64,000 nucleotides of DNA from Vampirovibrionaceae bacterium NZW_1234 (GTDB lineage Bacteria > Cyanobacteriota > Vampirovibrionia > Vampirovibrionales > JAGQHJ01): contig JBGUGD010000025.1 of assembly GCA_041697335.1 (NCBI GenBank), positions 64,001 to 128,000 on the forward strand, in the 5' to 3' direction. How positions within the stretch are numbered: the first letter of the stretch is position 1; each line of letters starts with the position of its first letter. Made by a program: the position numbers and the translations under genes. This document shows, piece by piece, positions 20,101 to 28,333 of the stretch. The notes under the pieces were generated by a model that made no database searches, was not told the DNA's origin, and saw only the letters and a list, made by a program, of their open reading frames with translations.

Positions 20101-23100
20101 GTTTTACCTTGACGGGTAGCCCGCCACCGGGTCTGCCGACACCAGGGTCAGTCGGTTGCTCGCCACTTGGTTTTTCAGCCTTACCTGACGCCTCGGGGAT
20201 ATCTCCTGCAGGCGCTCCCCCTCCGGTGGCAGGCGTTTTATCTTTGCCATTGCCAGGTGTATAGGGGATGGCGTCATAATCAAGCGATGGTTGTTCCGAA
20301 GGCATCGGCAACGGAGGCAGACCCGCAAGACGACGCTGTTCGTTGATGATTTCCAGTTTCTTTTCCTTTAGATGTTTGGCATCTTCGTTCATCTGCCAAT
20401 CGCTGAAGAAGGGCACCGCCATATCGTAGAAGGTTTTCAGATCGGATTCGCTGAGAAATGGCAGGTTAATATTAATGGCGTAGTTGCGAATCATGTCTTT
20501 GAATTCATCCGGGAATTTGTCACTCTTGGCGTCTTTAATGGCCTCAATAACAATAGCCCGCTTTTCCGGCGGTAGTTTTGAAATGAAAAACATTTCCCGC
20601 TCATTTTTATTTTGTTGGGCATCGGCATAAAAAGCCCCCGGATCGGAATACCATTCTACGGGAACCTGTGGAATTTTTGCGGTGGGTGCGCCCACCGAAT
20701 CCGCTGTGGCCATGATGCGCATATTATCCACTTGCTTGTTGAATTTCATCCGATCCTTTTCCAGTCTGATTTCCTTCAAGCGCAAGCGTTGCAGTTCAAT
20801 CTGACGATACAGCTCATTTCCTTCCGGGGTTTGATCCCGGCCTTGGGCACGAAGCGCATCAAGTTTAGCTTCTTTTTGTTTGAGATCGGGGGTCAGCTCG
20901 GCCTCTTCCTGTTGGAGTTTGGCAGCGGTATCCTCCCACCGGGCCGTGTGATTCGTCCGAATAACTTCTTCGGTTTTGCGTTTCATTGTCAGCGCGTACT
21001 GATAGCGCCGCTGGTATAAGGCCTCAAGCCGATGTTCCAGATCACTGCGTTTGTAATCCAGAGCACTGTCCGGGTTGGCTGCAATGGCAGCGTAAATCTT
21101 ATCCAGCTCTGCCTGGAGTTCATCCATGTCCTTTTTATAAATGGCATCATCCAGTTTTTGACGTTCTGCAGCGATTTGATCCAGTGTCGCCAGATATTCT
21201 TCGACGTCCCGGGTACGCTGTTCCTCCAGTTTTTGTAATTTTTCGTCCAGGTCTCGACGCTGCTGGTCAAGTTTTTGCCGCTCGCCGGAGGTCAGTTTCG
21301 GATCCTGCAATTTGGCCTTCAAATCATCCATCTGTTTTTGCAGCGCTGCCTTCTGATCCGTGTAGGCCTTGGTTTTGGCGCTAAATTTCTCGTCAGCCTG
21401 TTTCACCAACTGGTCAAACTCGACATCGAGCTTTTCCTGATTGGCGTCCAAATCGGCCTCTTGCTTTTTGATTTCGGCCCGAAGCTTTTCTAAATCCGCT
21501 TCGCGCATAGGATCCGTTTCGGCTGCCTTGGCAAGCTCCTTGGCCTGAGCTTCTTTTTTTGCCAAGTCATCGGCCAGCTTCTTGCGATCAACCTGTGTGT
21601 CTTTGACGGCAGGGAGAACCTGACTTTCTACTTTTTTTGTAATCTCGCCTTTAACCTTGGCATTGCTCAACTCGGTTCGCTTGTCTGCCAGCAGGCGATC
21701 TTGACGCACTCCTGCCTGTTGGCGATCGCCGCGTACGGAACGAATCGTTGCCTTGGCGTCATCCCGCTTTTTCGCCATGTCCGGGTCCTCAGGTGCACCA
21801 GCCCCGCCGGGTGATTTGGGAGCTGCACCGTCACCGGTCACATACACTTCATAGCGTTTTAGCTTGGCATCATAACGTTGCAAGGTTTTTTCCAACAAGG
21901 CCAAATAATCCAGATCGGATTTATCCGTGGGAAGCCCTTTGGCATCGTTTTCCATTTTTTTCAGCCGAATTTGGGTAGCCTCCTCCTGGAGCTTGATATA
22001 AATATTGGAGTCTATTTGGTAGGCCTTTTTCCCTTCGTCTAATAAAAAGGCATTCAGCTTTTTACGGGTGGCATCATCCACCTTGCCGTCAGCAAGTTTT
22101 TGCAAAGCAATATCGCGGGCCTTCGAACGAATATCGGACATCAGGGCTCTTTCGCTGATGCCGTTTTCTTTCAGACTGGGGGGGAAGGGCGGCATGTTGC
22201 CATCGAGGTACAATTCAGCCAATGAAAACACCGACTTGCTATTGATATCTTCAATTCGTTGATCTGCTGCATACGCATCTAACGGATCTATATTTTCAAA
22301 GGCATTTGGTTGATCGATATACTCGCTGAACTTTTTGCGGGTTTTTTGACTCAAGATGATCGCGTCATAAAAATTATTGGGCTGGCCTGCACGCCCTTGG
22401 CGAACTTTCTCGTATCCCAGCTTGACATCATCGTTAATCTCATCCAGCCTGGCTTGCTGAGGGGGATAGCCTTCGGGGAGATAGTCTTCTGAAGCATAAT
22501 TTTTCTTATACTCATCCGGCAAATCGGCGGGTACTTCGGGAAATTTTTTGGCATTGGTCAGCTTACGCGAAATAGCCACGTTTTGCTGAAGCCCAGTTTT
22601 AATATCCCGTTCCAACGTTGGCACGTCCTGCCAATACCGAGATTCATCCGATGAGGCTTGTTGGGCAATTTCTTTATCAGGGTTTCCTTGTAATTCCTGA
22701 AACCCTTTACGAATCGCTTCTTCATTTTCCTTTCTATACTTCTTCCAGTCGGCTTGTAATTGAATTAACGCGTAGCGGGCCCGATGCAGGTTCTCCGGGT
22801 TTTGATCGATGTCGTTCAGCATTTTCTGAATCGTCTCAAACCGGGTTTTAAACGCTTGCATGTCGGCCTTTGCTTTTTCAATCCGCTCTCCGGCAGGTAG
22901 TGACGCCAAGGTCTCTTCCGGCAGTGTTGCCGAAATTTGGAACAATTCAGGATACCCTGGCAGGCCTTGCGCTTTTCCCGTCAACGGAACCGTACTGGCT
23001 GAAAATCCTGTACCAAAGCTATTTAGCAGGGAGTCCAACCAAGGCTTTGCTGTGCCTTTGGGTATTACTTCAGTCTTAGGTTTGATGGGAACGGCCAAGA

Positions 23101-23182
23101 CAGGCGGTTTATCGGCAATAGTACCGGTGGCACCAAAGAGCGGTGTTCCGACAAACATGTTCTGTCCAGAAAAATTTTCCAT
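17126..23182 (-). CDS. Giant (about 2020 aa) multi-domain toxin/effector-like protein
   Basis: GAGG SD before ATG 23182; long coiled coils; [LMIV][TSK]PE 8-residue repeats; transglutaminase-like segment (HHKAMLTKAML..HTWLEV..IMDP); HENGH (HExxH); C-terminal Ntox21-like region. Confidence 0.85.
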   Translation of the reverse strand: MENFSGQNMFVGTPLFGATGTIADKPPVLAVPIKPKTEVIPKGTAKPWLDSLLNSFGTGFSASTVPLTGKAQGLPGYPELFQISATLPEETLASLPAGERIEKAKADMQAFKTRFETIQKMLNDIDQNPENLHRARYALIQLQADWKKYRKENEEAIRKGFQELQGNPDKEIAQQASSDESRYWQDVPTLERDIKTGLQQNVAISRKLTNAKKFPEVPADLPDEYKKNYASEDYLPEGYPPQQARLDEINDDVKLGYEKVRQGRAGQPNNFYDAIILSQKTRKKFSEYIDQPNAFENIDPLDAYAADQRIEDINSKSVFSLAELYLDGNMPPFPPSLKENGISERALMSDIRSKARDIALQKLADGKVDDATRKKLNAFLLDEGKKAYQIDSNIYIKLQEEATQIRLKKMENDAKGLPTDKSDLDYLALLEKTLQRYDAKLKRYEVYVTGDGAAPKSPGGAGAPEDPDMAKKRDDAKATIRSVRGDRQQAGVRQDRLLADKRTELSNAKVKGEITKKVESQVLPAVKDTQVDRKKLADDLAKKEAQAKELAKAAETDPMREADLEKLRAEIKKQEADLDANQEKLDVEFDQLVKQADEKFSAKTKAYTDQKAALQKQMDDLKAKLQDPKLTSGERQKLDQQRRDLDEKLQKLEEQRTRDVEEYLATLDQIAAERQKLDDAIYKKDMDELQAELDKIYAAIAANPDSALDYKRSDLEHRLEALYQRRYQYALTMKRKTEEVIRTNHTARWEDTAAKLQQEEAELTPDLKQKEAKLDALRAQGRDQTPEGNELYRQIELQRLRLKEIRLEKDRMKFNKQVDNMRIMATADSVGAPTAKIPQVPVEWYSDPGAFYADAQQNKNEREMFFISKLPPEKRAIVIEAIKDAKSDKFPDEFKDMIRNYAININLPFLSESDLKTFYDMAVPFFSDWQMNEDAKHLKEKKLEIINEQRRLAGLPPLPMPSEQPSLDYDAIPYTPGNGKDKTPATGGGAPAGDIPEASGKAEKPSGEQPTDPGVGRPGGGLPVKVKPGMKPPEEMLPPLKIDPEKQKILDEMYAKLDKWAADLGLSDLAKDATNSPEVQRLMEMLGANDFTEWLNQQPMPKELQQIPRAAQNIAVSFVTKVIAPFILDPEGTAKEILKCFLNPVHGVKTAHHLVSSGLEEAYEGIIGMLEAIRDGDQEKFDRSLSKAADGIIDIKMGAGLAKSMGKTYKGAGKLGYKLYDAKANPRLTPEAAKALTPETAKTVTPGSARKLTPEVAKEISPEAFANLKPEAVAKIPTEVWMEMPKENFAKMTPEQVAHLPKLVRQKAIANGAPKPSQAELFKLEQRMEAPLEKGFEDAPVRLKERETTTFDPNHPKVKEALDYAENVKNNPALTDAQKTKAIMDKVNEYMPESTKADAMGKAKAGQKVGLGEFMDAKSGSPHHKAMLTKAMLDQAGIKSTLVKGKALVDGKMKPHTWLEVDTPNGKVIMDPALNRQVSMVDPAAKGYKPSVSEPQTMSTNKIRPNEEAADLADELWHDVKPGEITDPALLEPLKSQLKDQLRKEGIPDSYLDNVKYEAVDGLQHPSIETTVDATGKATTVIKLPREANGKVRIHDGFHENGHVPDHYRAFKLKDEKAQARVNESAKLQNDVASKAKELQEAEAALEKALEGTDFEAIEAAQRKVDKAHMEYDQAAKAYRDSYMESEAIVQEKMATVSRLNELIEAEKSKPKPNTDRINELEMIRDEIIPEIKEAQNGRTAAVEKVLTDPALADLSKDANSILKDIKDAEQQRVKALEDLNKTPGDKTLQTKVIQANKQVKTAYERYEKFTEKHKERIEFLKKPEGLYKNLQKSGKLSENYTKEELAEALGGKVVDTCNGGGILIEIPQPGGKPPIYKVYLNAKASKAMEQAKHPSAYEPVEFEPGTDLATAKAKMESRLADHLPKKLEDLEPYFISRGWSIDRTMTRSVGKGHKAVAIRDANGKAVRWVSLDKGFGTGQAPHKAGEGYFLKGWDINDVPTFGDRSYMDLNLTIVELK

Positions 23183-23492
23183 GCAAACCTCACAACACAA
23201 CGACATAACCTGTACGACACACGAGAAAACACACAACACAATGAGTTATAAATATAAAAACAAAATTGAATTGTGTTGATGCTATTCTTGGTGTGCGAAT
23301 TCACATTCCGTTACATACTTTTTCACCTGGAATCTATGCGAGTTTTATTGCTACTGCTTATTAGTCTTCTATATTAGTGCCCTGAAATCAGTTTGACGGG
23401 TGGCGTGGTTGTCGTCACTGAAAGCATCAATCAAGTCGATGCTTTCCCTCGAACGATTAAATGTGGATGTCAAGATTAACGCACAGGGCCGT

Positions 23493-23528
23493 TACCTCCC
23501 GGTATAGACACAGTCATACCGGGAGGTA
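23493..23528 (-). terminator. Stem-loop downstream of 23550-24260
   Basis: 13-bp perfect inverted repeat TACCTCCCGGTAT/ATACCGGGAGGTA. Confidence 0.7.
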
Positions 23529-23549
23529 CTAAATAAGCTGAAGATCCGG

Positions 23550-24260
23550 TTATTTAGGCTGTATTTCTTTGAGTTTGGACCATACCGTCCCCAGTCCAAC
23601 CTCATTTCCGTTATTTGGACCCGCACCAGGATTGAGAGGTGGGTTCAAAGGTGTATCAGGTTTCGTGACCGCTGCCTTTACGGAGCCCGTAAAGCCTTTC
23701 ATCATGGCATTATTGACATCTTTATTCTGTGTTGGCGAAATAGGCTTGGGAGCTTCTGGGTTCGATGGCGTATCGGGCTTAGCGACCGCAGCTTCTACGG
23801 AGCCACTAAAGGCTTTCATCATCGCACCACTGACCGCTCCTGAGTTATTGGTCTGCTGATAGACTTCCAGGTCAACCTTGCCATCGCCATCGAAATCGAA
23901 TTGACGCACTGTTGAGTCTTTGCCCAGAGGCTTCACAGACATCTGATACTGACCTGACTCACTTTTGATCCGAAATGTATCTTCGGCGCCGATTTTTAAT
24001 TGTGTTGGTTTGGTGTTGTCTGCTCTACTTTTAAAATCCTTGGGAATCAAGGCTGTTATGTTATCGGCATTCTGATTGCCAGCAAGATTTAAGTCTGTAA
24101 ATCCGAAAGCATTTATGTTCCCGTCTCCAAGAATGGTTTGGTTGCTGCCGTCGTTTTTAAATTGGATTGTGACGTTCCGTCCCGGTTCATCGATATTCGG
24201 TTTTCGCTCTGGCGAAATTACAATCGGTGCTCCTGTGCCGGGCTTAATCTCTACAGGCAT
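23550..24260 (-). CDS. Hypothetical protein with DxDxDG Ca-binding-like loop and duplicated C-terminal segment
   Basis: GGAGGA SD; DFDGDGKVD; two copies of AMMK.F[ST]GSV.AAV.KPDTP.NP. Confidence 0.75.
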   Translation of the reverse strand: MPVEIKPGTGAPIVISPERKPNIDEPGRNVTIQFKNDGSNQTILGDGNINAFGFTDLNLAGNQNADNITALIPKDFKSRADNTKPTQLKIGAEDTFRIKSESGQYQMSVKPLGKDSTVRQFDFDGDGKVDLEVYQQTNNSGAVSGAMMKAFSGSVEAAVAKPDTPSNPEAPKPISPTQNKDVNNAMMKGFTGSVKAAVTKPDTPLNPPLNPGAGPNNGNEVGLGTVWSKLKEIQPK

Positions 24261-24789
24261 TTATTCCTCCCTCACTATTTCCTCTGTTCCAACGTACGAT
24301 GTTATAAAAAATCAAATTCGTTTAAAGAAATTCGATGATGATTACTATGGTATTGGCACTGGTATCTCCGTCATGGGAGATTTTTTACTTCCTTTGGTAT
24401 GTATGAGTGACATGAAATATACAGAGAAATTATTAATATTAAACCTTCATGTGGATCGGATATGTTAATGTTTAGCTGAGTGTAAAAAATATTGTTTTTA
24501 TACAATGACAAGACAGAAAAGGGAATTTAATTTCTACTCTTTAGACGGGTTATTCGCTGTCTATTTTCATTTATTTCCTTGCATTGATTCTTAGGCCACT
24601 CGTTTCATCGTCGCCTTGGGTTTAATTCGGTTCATACCTCAGAAAGGTCTTGATAAGAAAGAAACTTCAGCATTGCCTTTGAGGCTATCCTTCTAAAACC
24701 AAATCGTTTGGCATTTGGATCCGTTTTTATCAACCTTGCCAATATGATCCCCAAGGCAAAAAACGTTGAGCACCCGCTACACAGTGACA

Positions 24790-24827
24790 TAAATCGGGTG
24801 GAGCCTCTGAGTGCTCCACCCGATTTA
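24790..24827 (-). terminator. Stem-loop downstream of 24865-25359
   Basis: 15-bp perfect inverted repeat TAAATCGGGTGGAGC/GCTCCACCCGATTTA. Confidence 0.75.
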
Positions 24828-24864
24828 CTAAACGTTGATGTCGTTGGGGAAAGGAAAAAAACAG

Positions 24865-25359
24865 CTAGCTTCCGATGATCCGCTGTGCTGTGGTTGGTTC
24901 GGCAATGATTTGCGGATGTAGGCCGGGCGTGCGACCCGCTTCCTGATCACTGGGCCATGCATTGGTCATCACTCCCGGATTTGGGGCGACGACCACCAGA
25001 TCAATGCGTATTGCCGGTGTTTTAGGCTGTGTCTTTCCCAATCCGTCATCACTGGGCCAAGCCTGTGTTTGGGCGATGGGGCCCGGATTGGGTGTGATGA
25101 CAACGATATCAATAGGTTTAGGAGCAGGCCGCTTTTGTTCCGGTGGTAGCGCCACGGGAGTGTCATCGCTGGGCCAAGCATTGGTTTGTTTTTCAACCGG
25201 CTTTGGTGTCACAACCACCTCGGTTGGCTTACCTGGGGTGACTTTGCCGCCGGGCCTATCATCGCTGGGCCAGGCATTGGTCATCATTCCCGGTCCTGGG
25301 TCTGAAGGTTTAATCAGCCCTAACGAGCCGGTATAGCGTAAAAAGTAAAGATTCGACAT
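24865..25359 (-). CDS. Putative multi-core graspetide (microviridin/marinostatin-like) precursor
   Basis: GAGGAG SD; N-terminal LYFLRY; four T[NQ]AWPSD[DQ] cores separated by Pro/Val-rich spacers. Confidence 0.65.
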   Translation of the reverse strand: MSNLYFLRYTGSLGLIKPSDPGPGMMTNAWPSDDRPGGKVTPGKPTEVVVTPKPVEKQTNAWPSDDTPVALPPEQKRPAPKPIDIVVITPNPGPIAQTQAWPSDDGLGKTQPKTPAIRIDLVVVAPNPGVMTNAWPSDQEAGRTPGLHPQIIAEPTTAQRIIGS

Positions 25360-25614
25360 GCATTTCTCCTCAACGTTCCTCTCCTGTGCTTCGAAAAAAT
25401 AGCCAACGCAAATTGGATATATATAATAAAAGGTTTTTATTTTTCAAAGATTGCCTTTTGACTCCTCAGTTTGTTACATAAAGCAATACATCTGGTTTCA
25501 CCGAACGCGCAATTTACGCGCTCGGAGCTGTCTTACAAGCCGGCCACACAATGTGCCACGACAGTCCTGACGTCGCACTATCGGGAAAGACGCTGATGCA
25601 CTTTAGTTCACAAG

Positions 25615-26583
25615 TTAGCCGAATGGAGAGCGGATATAGCTTCGAATGGTAGAGGGCATGGGGGCATATCCATTACCGTAACCATAGCCGCTGAGCGGTT
25701 GAAGGATAAAACCGGAAGGGCTGGGTGGTGAGTAAGCCACCTGAATCGGCGGATTCACGGGTGGATTAGCGAGCGGATTGGCTGGGGCATTGACCAGAAC
25801 CGGCGGGGGCATCGGTCCTGGTGCAGGTGCGACCGGGGCAAGTCCGGGAGCCGACGTCGGCGGATTCCATCCCCAGAACGGGCGGGGTTGCTGTTGTGGA
25901 CGTGGAGGCGGAGCCACTACGGGCTGCATATTCGAGATAATAAAGAACCACAGAAACGGAAGAATCCCTAAGGGCGAACCTGGGACACCACGCAACAGCT
26001 CTGGGCGAAAGTTTTGGGCATTATCGCCTCGTAATGGCGCTGGCCCTTGCGGAAAGGGATTCACGGGTTTGACCAACTCCGGAATAATTTGAATTTCCGG
26101 CGGCGGCAGCACGGCGGCCTGCGGTGGCGGTGGTAGCGCCAAAGGAGGCCCACCAACAGGCAGGTTCTGAACGGGATTGACAGCGACGGGTGCCGGTCCT
26201 TGTGGCGCGGCTGGGTTCGCAGGGGCTTGCGGCGCAATCTCTGTAGGAAAGTCCGTTGCCACGGGATCCTCGGGAGAATCCTGCAATAATGGCAGATTTG
26301 TTAAATCTGTGGGGAAGTCCGTCGCCACTGGATCTTCGGGCGAGTCCGCTATCAGGGGCGGAGCGGTTGGGTCTGTCGGAAAGTCTGTGGCCACCGGGTC
26401 ATCCGGGGAGTCAGCCAGCAGTTCACCCGAAGCACCACTGGGTCCCATAGGAACCTCATTTCCCTGAGCATCGGGGCCTGCCGCCCCAACGCCAACCTCC
26501 GGCGAAATACTGCCGATAACGGTCTTTGTGGTGTTCAAGATGAAATCCGTAACGCCAATGCTGGGCAAATCAACTCTCTCCAA
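25615..26583 (-). CDS. Pro-rich protein with three DSP[DE]DPVATDFPT[DE] repeats (start uncertain)
   Basis: Repeats conserved at the protein level with synonymous variation; one hydrophobic segment, ILPFLWFFIIS. Confidence 0.75.
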   Translation of the reverse strand: MERVDLPSIGVTDFILNTTKTVIGSISPEVGVGAAGPDAQGNEVPMGPSGASGELLADSPDDPVATDFPTDPTAPPLIADSPEDPVATDFPTDLTNLPLLQDSPEDPVATDFPTEIAPQAPANPAAPQGPAPVAVNPVQNLPVGGPPLALPPPPQAAVLPPPEIQIIPELVKPVNPFPQGPAPLRGDNAQNFRPELLRGVPGSPLGILPFLWFFIISNMQPVVAPPPRPQQQPRPFWGWNPPTSAPGLAPVAPAPGPMPPPVLVNAPANPLANPPVNPPIQVAYSPPSPSGFILQPLSGYGYGNGYAPMPSTIRSYIRSPFG

Positions 26584-26765
26584 ATCGTCATTCTCTCTTA
26601 AAGATATAAAAACGATTATTCTGATTTTTGTGTTAGTGCATTTTTGTGATTCTTCTCACGAACAGTGAGCCCGCAATTACAACCCTCTTACAGGCTTTTA
26701 CCGGCACCTGGGCAGACACCTGAGGAAAACGAGGATACCCACTTGAGTTATAGAATGGAGTTGAC

Positions 26766-27065
26766 CTCATAGCACCCTTACGAACCCATTAATGCTAAGA
26801 TTGGAGATGACCACCATAAAGACCTGGACGGGTCATAGCACCCTTACGAACCCATTAATGCTAAGATGATTGACTGAATAACCCCCACAACAGTGGTGTC
26901 ATAGCACCCTTACGAACCCATTAATGCTAAGATTATTCAAAGAGAGATTCATTTTATATGATGGTCATAGCACCCTTACGAACCCATTAATGCTAAGATT
27001 GTATATGCTGCTGACCAATGCCGAGAGCGGTCATAGCACCCTTACGAACCCATTAATGCTAAGAT
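26766..27065 (+). CRISPR. Type II-C CRISPR array: five 36-nt repeats (GTCATAGCACCCTTACGAACCCATTAATGCTAAGAT) and four 30-nt spacers
   Basis: Repeats start at 26766 (first base C, degenerate), 26832, 26898, 26964 and 27030. The repeat ends in TGCTAAGAT, an extended -10 like Neisseria II-C repeats. Orientation agrees with the tracrRNA anti-repeat. Confidence 0.98.
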
Positions 27066-27112
27066 GGACACCCCAGAGAGTGGTGTCCATCAAGCGTTTT
27101 AGGCCAATGACC

Positions 27113-27439
27113 TTAAAATAAAACGAGCTGTTCACAGCCCACCTGCTCCTCATTTTTTCGTTTTCCAATCAACAATTCCATACGGGCGTATTGCTGCTCG
27201 GTCACCGTCATGGCTCGGACACTGCCCATGGTGGGGACGACTTGGCGCAGGCGTGCCAAGTGCTTCTGAGCCCGTTCCAAGCCCCGGCATGGGCGGGCAT
27301 ACACACTCCATTGAAGCATCACATAGCCGTCTTTCTGCAAATCCTTGCGAAATTGTGCGGCAGCCCGTTTCTCGGGCTTGGTACCTACCGGCAAATCAAA
27401 AAAGACAATCAACCACATCCATCGAAATCCATAGCGCAT
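27113..27439 (-). CDS. cas2: CRISPR-associated endoribonuclease Cas2
   Basis: MWLIVFFDLPV..FRKDL..DGY.MLQWSVY.R..GSVR...VTEQQY. Confidence 0.96.
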   Translation of the reverse strand: MRYGFRWMWLIVFFDLPVGTKPEKRAAAQFRKDLQKDGYVMLQWSVYARPCRGLERAQKHLARLRQVVPTMGSVRAMTVTEQQYARMELLIGKRKNEEQVGCEQLVLF

Positions 27440-28333
27440 TTACTCGGCTCCAAAAACAGGGACGTCCAAACGGGTCGGCAAATTCTCCCGGGTAGCGCGA
27501 ACCAGGCTCTCTACCATATGGGTGCAGGCCGTCAGTAGTGACACGGTATCGCTGTTCAAAAGCACCGGGCGATTCAGCAGATTGGCCAGGCGTTGGCGAT
27601 CCGTGACACTCAGGTCGTCATTCCAAGGGGTTTCCTCGCCCATGGAAACAACCCAGCCATCTACCAGAGGACGAAAGGGCTCGACCAAATCGTCGGCCAG
27701 ATTCCAGCCGTTTAGCTGGCTTCGGTGATGAAGCCCTAGGGCGGGCATAAAGCCGGCAGCCACTAATGCTCGACCTAAGGCGGCTCGCACCAGGGCATAG
27801 CCGTAATTTAAGGCGGCGGTATTACCAGTGCTGGAACGGCGTCGAAAGTCAGTGCCGAATACTCCATGCCAATAGCGCTTGGCTGCCACCGCTTCTCGAT
27901 TGTCGGTATCTCCACTTAAAACCCGGGAGGCATCATGTCGCAACAAAGCACCGGTCTCATCATCGCCTAATGCTTCCAAATGAATGGCTTGATTGGTGAT
28001 CTTAGCGATAATCAAACGTTGCCAACAGCGTTTTTTAAACGGCTCAGACCATGTCAATTGGGCATTCAGTTGGGTGAGTTGGCGGTGATGGGGTACAAAG
28101 GGCATTAATACCCCATTTGGCAAATGCTTGTCATCACAGGTCATTACCCCCACTCCGGCGTCGGACAAATGGCTCAGCAGGGCACCGGTGATGGTGCTTT
28201 GTGGGGTTTCCAGAATCAGCCAGGCCACATCTTCAATGGCCAACTGACTTACGCCATCCTCGTTTTCACAACGCAGTTGATTATGGCGTAGGGACAGTTT
28301 GGCGGGCTTTTGAACCATAATGGTGCGCCACAC
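27440..28333 (-). CDS. cas1: CRISPR-associated endonuclease Cas1 (type II)
   Basis: MWRTI, CDDKHLP, GDTDNREAVAA..YW, LNYGYALVR, LGLHH..N.WNLADDLVEPFRP. Confidence 0.97.
   Translation of the reverse strand: MWRTIMVQKPAKLSLRHNQLRCENEDGVSQLAIEDVAWLILETPQSTITGALLSHLSDAGVGVMTCDDKHLPNGVLMPFVPHHRQLTQLNAQLTWSEPFKKRCWQRLIIAKITNQAIHLEALGDDETGALLRHDASRVLSGDTDNREAVAAKRYWHGVFGTDFRRRSSTGNTAALNYGYALVRAALGRALVAAGFMPALGLHHRSQLNGWNLADDLVEPFRPLVDGWVVSMGEETPWNDDLSVTDRQRLANLLNRPVLLNSDTVSLLTACTHMVESLVRATRENLPTRLDVPVFGAE

Noticed and set aside
26802..27029. Self-targeting spacers
   Set aside because: No match to the four spacers noticed in this window by eye; a proper search was not possible.
26924..27121. 65-aa ORF over the array
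   Set aside because: Translation of CRISPR repeats and spacers.
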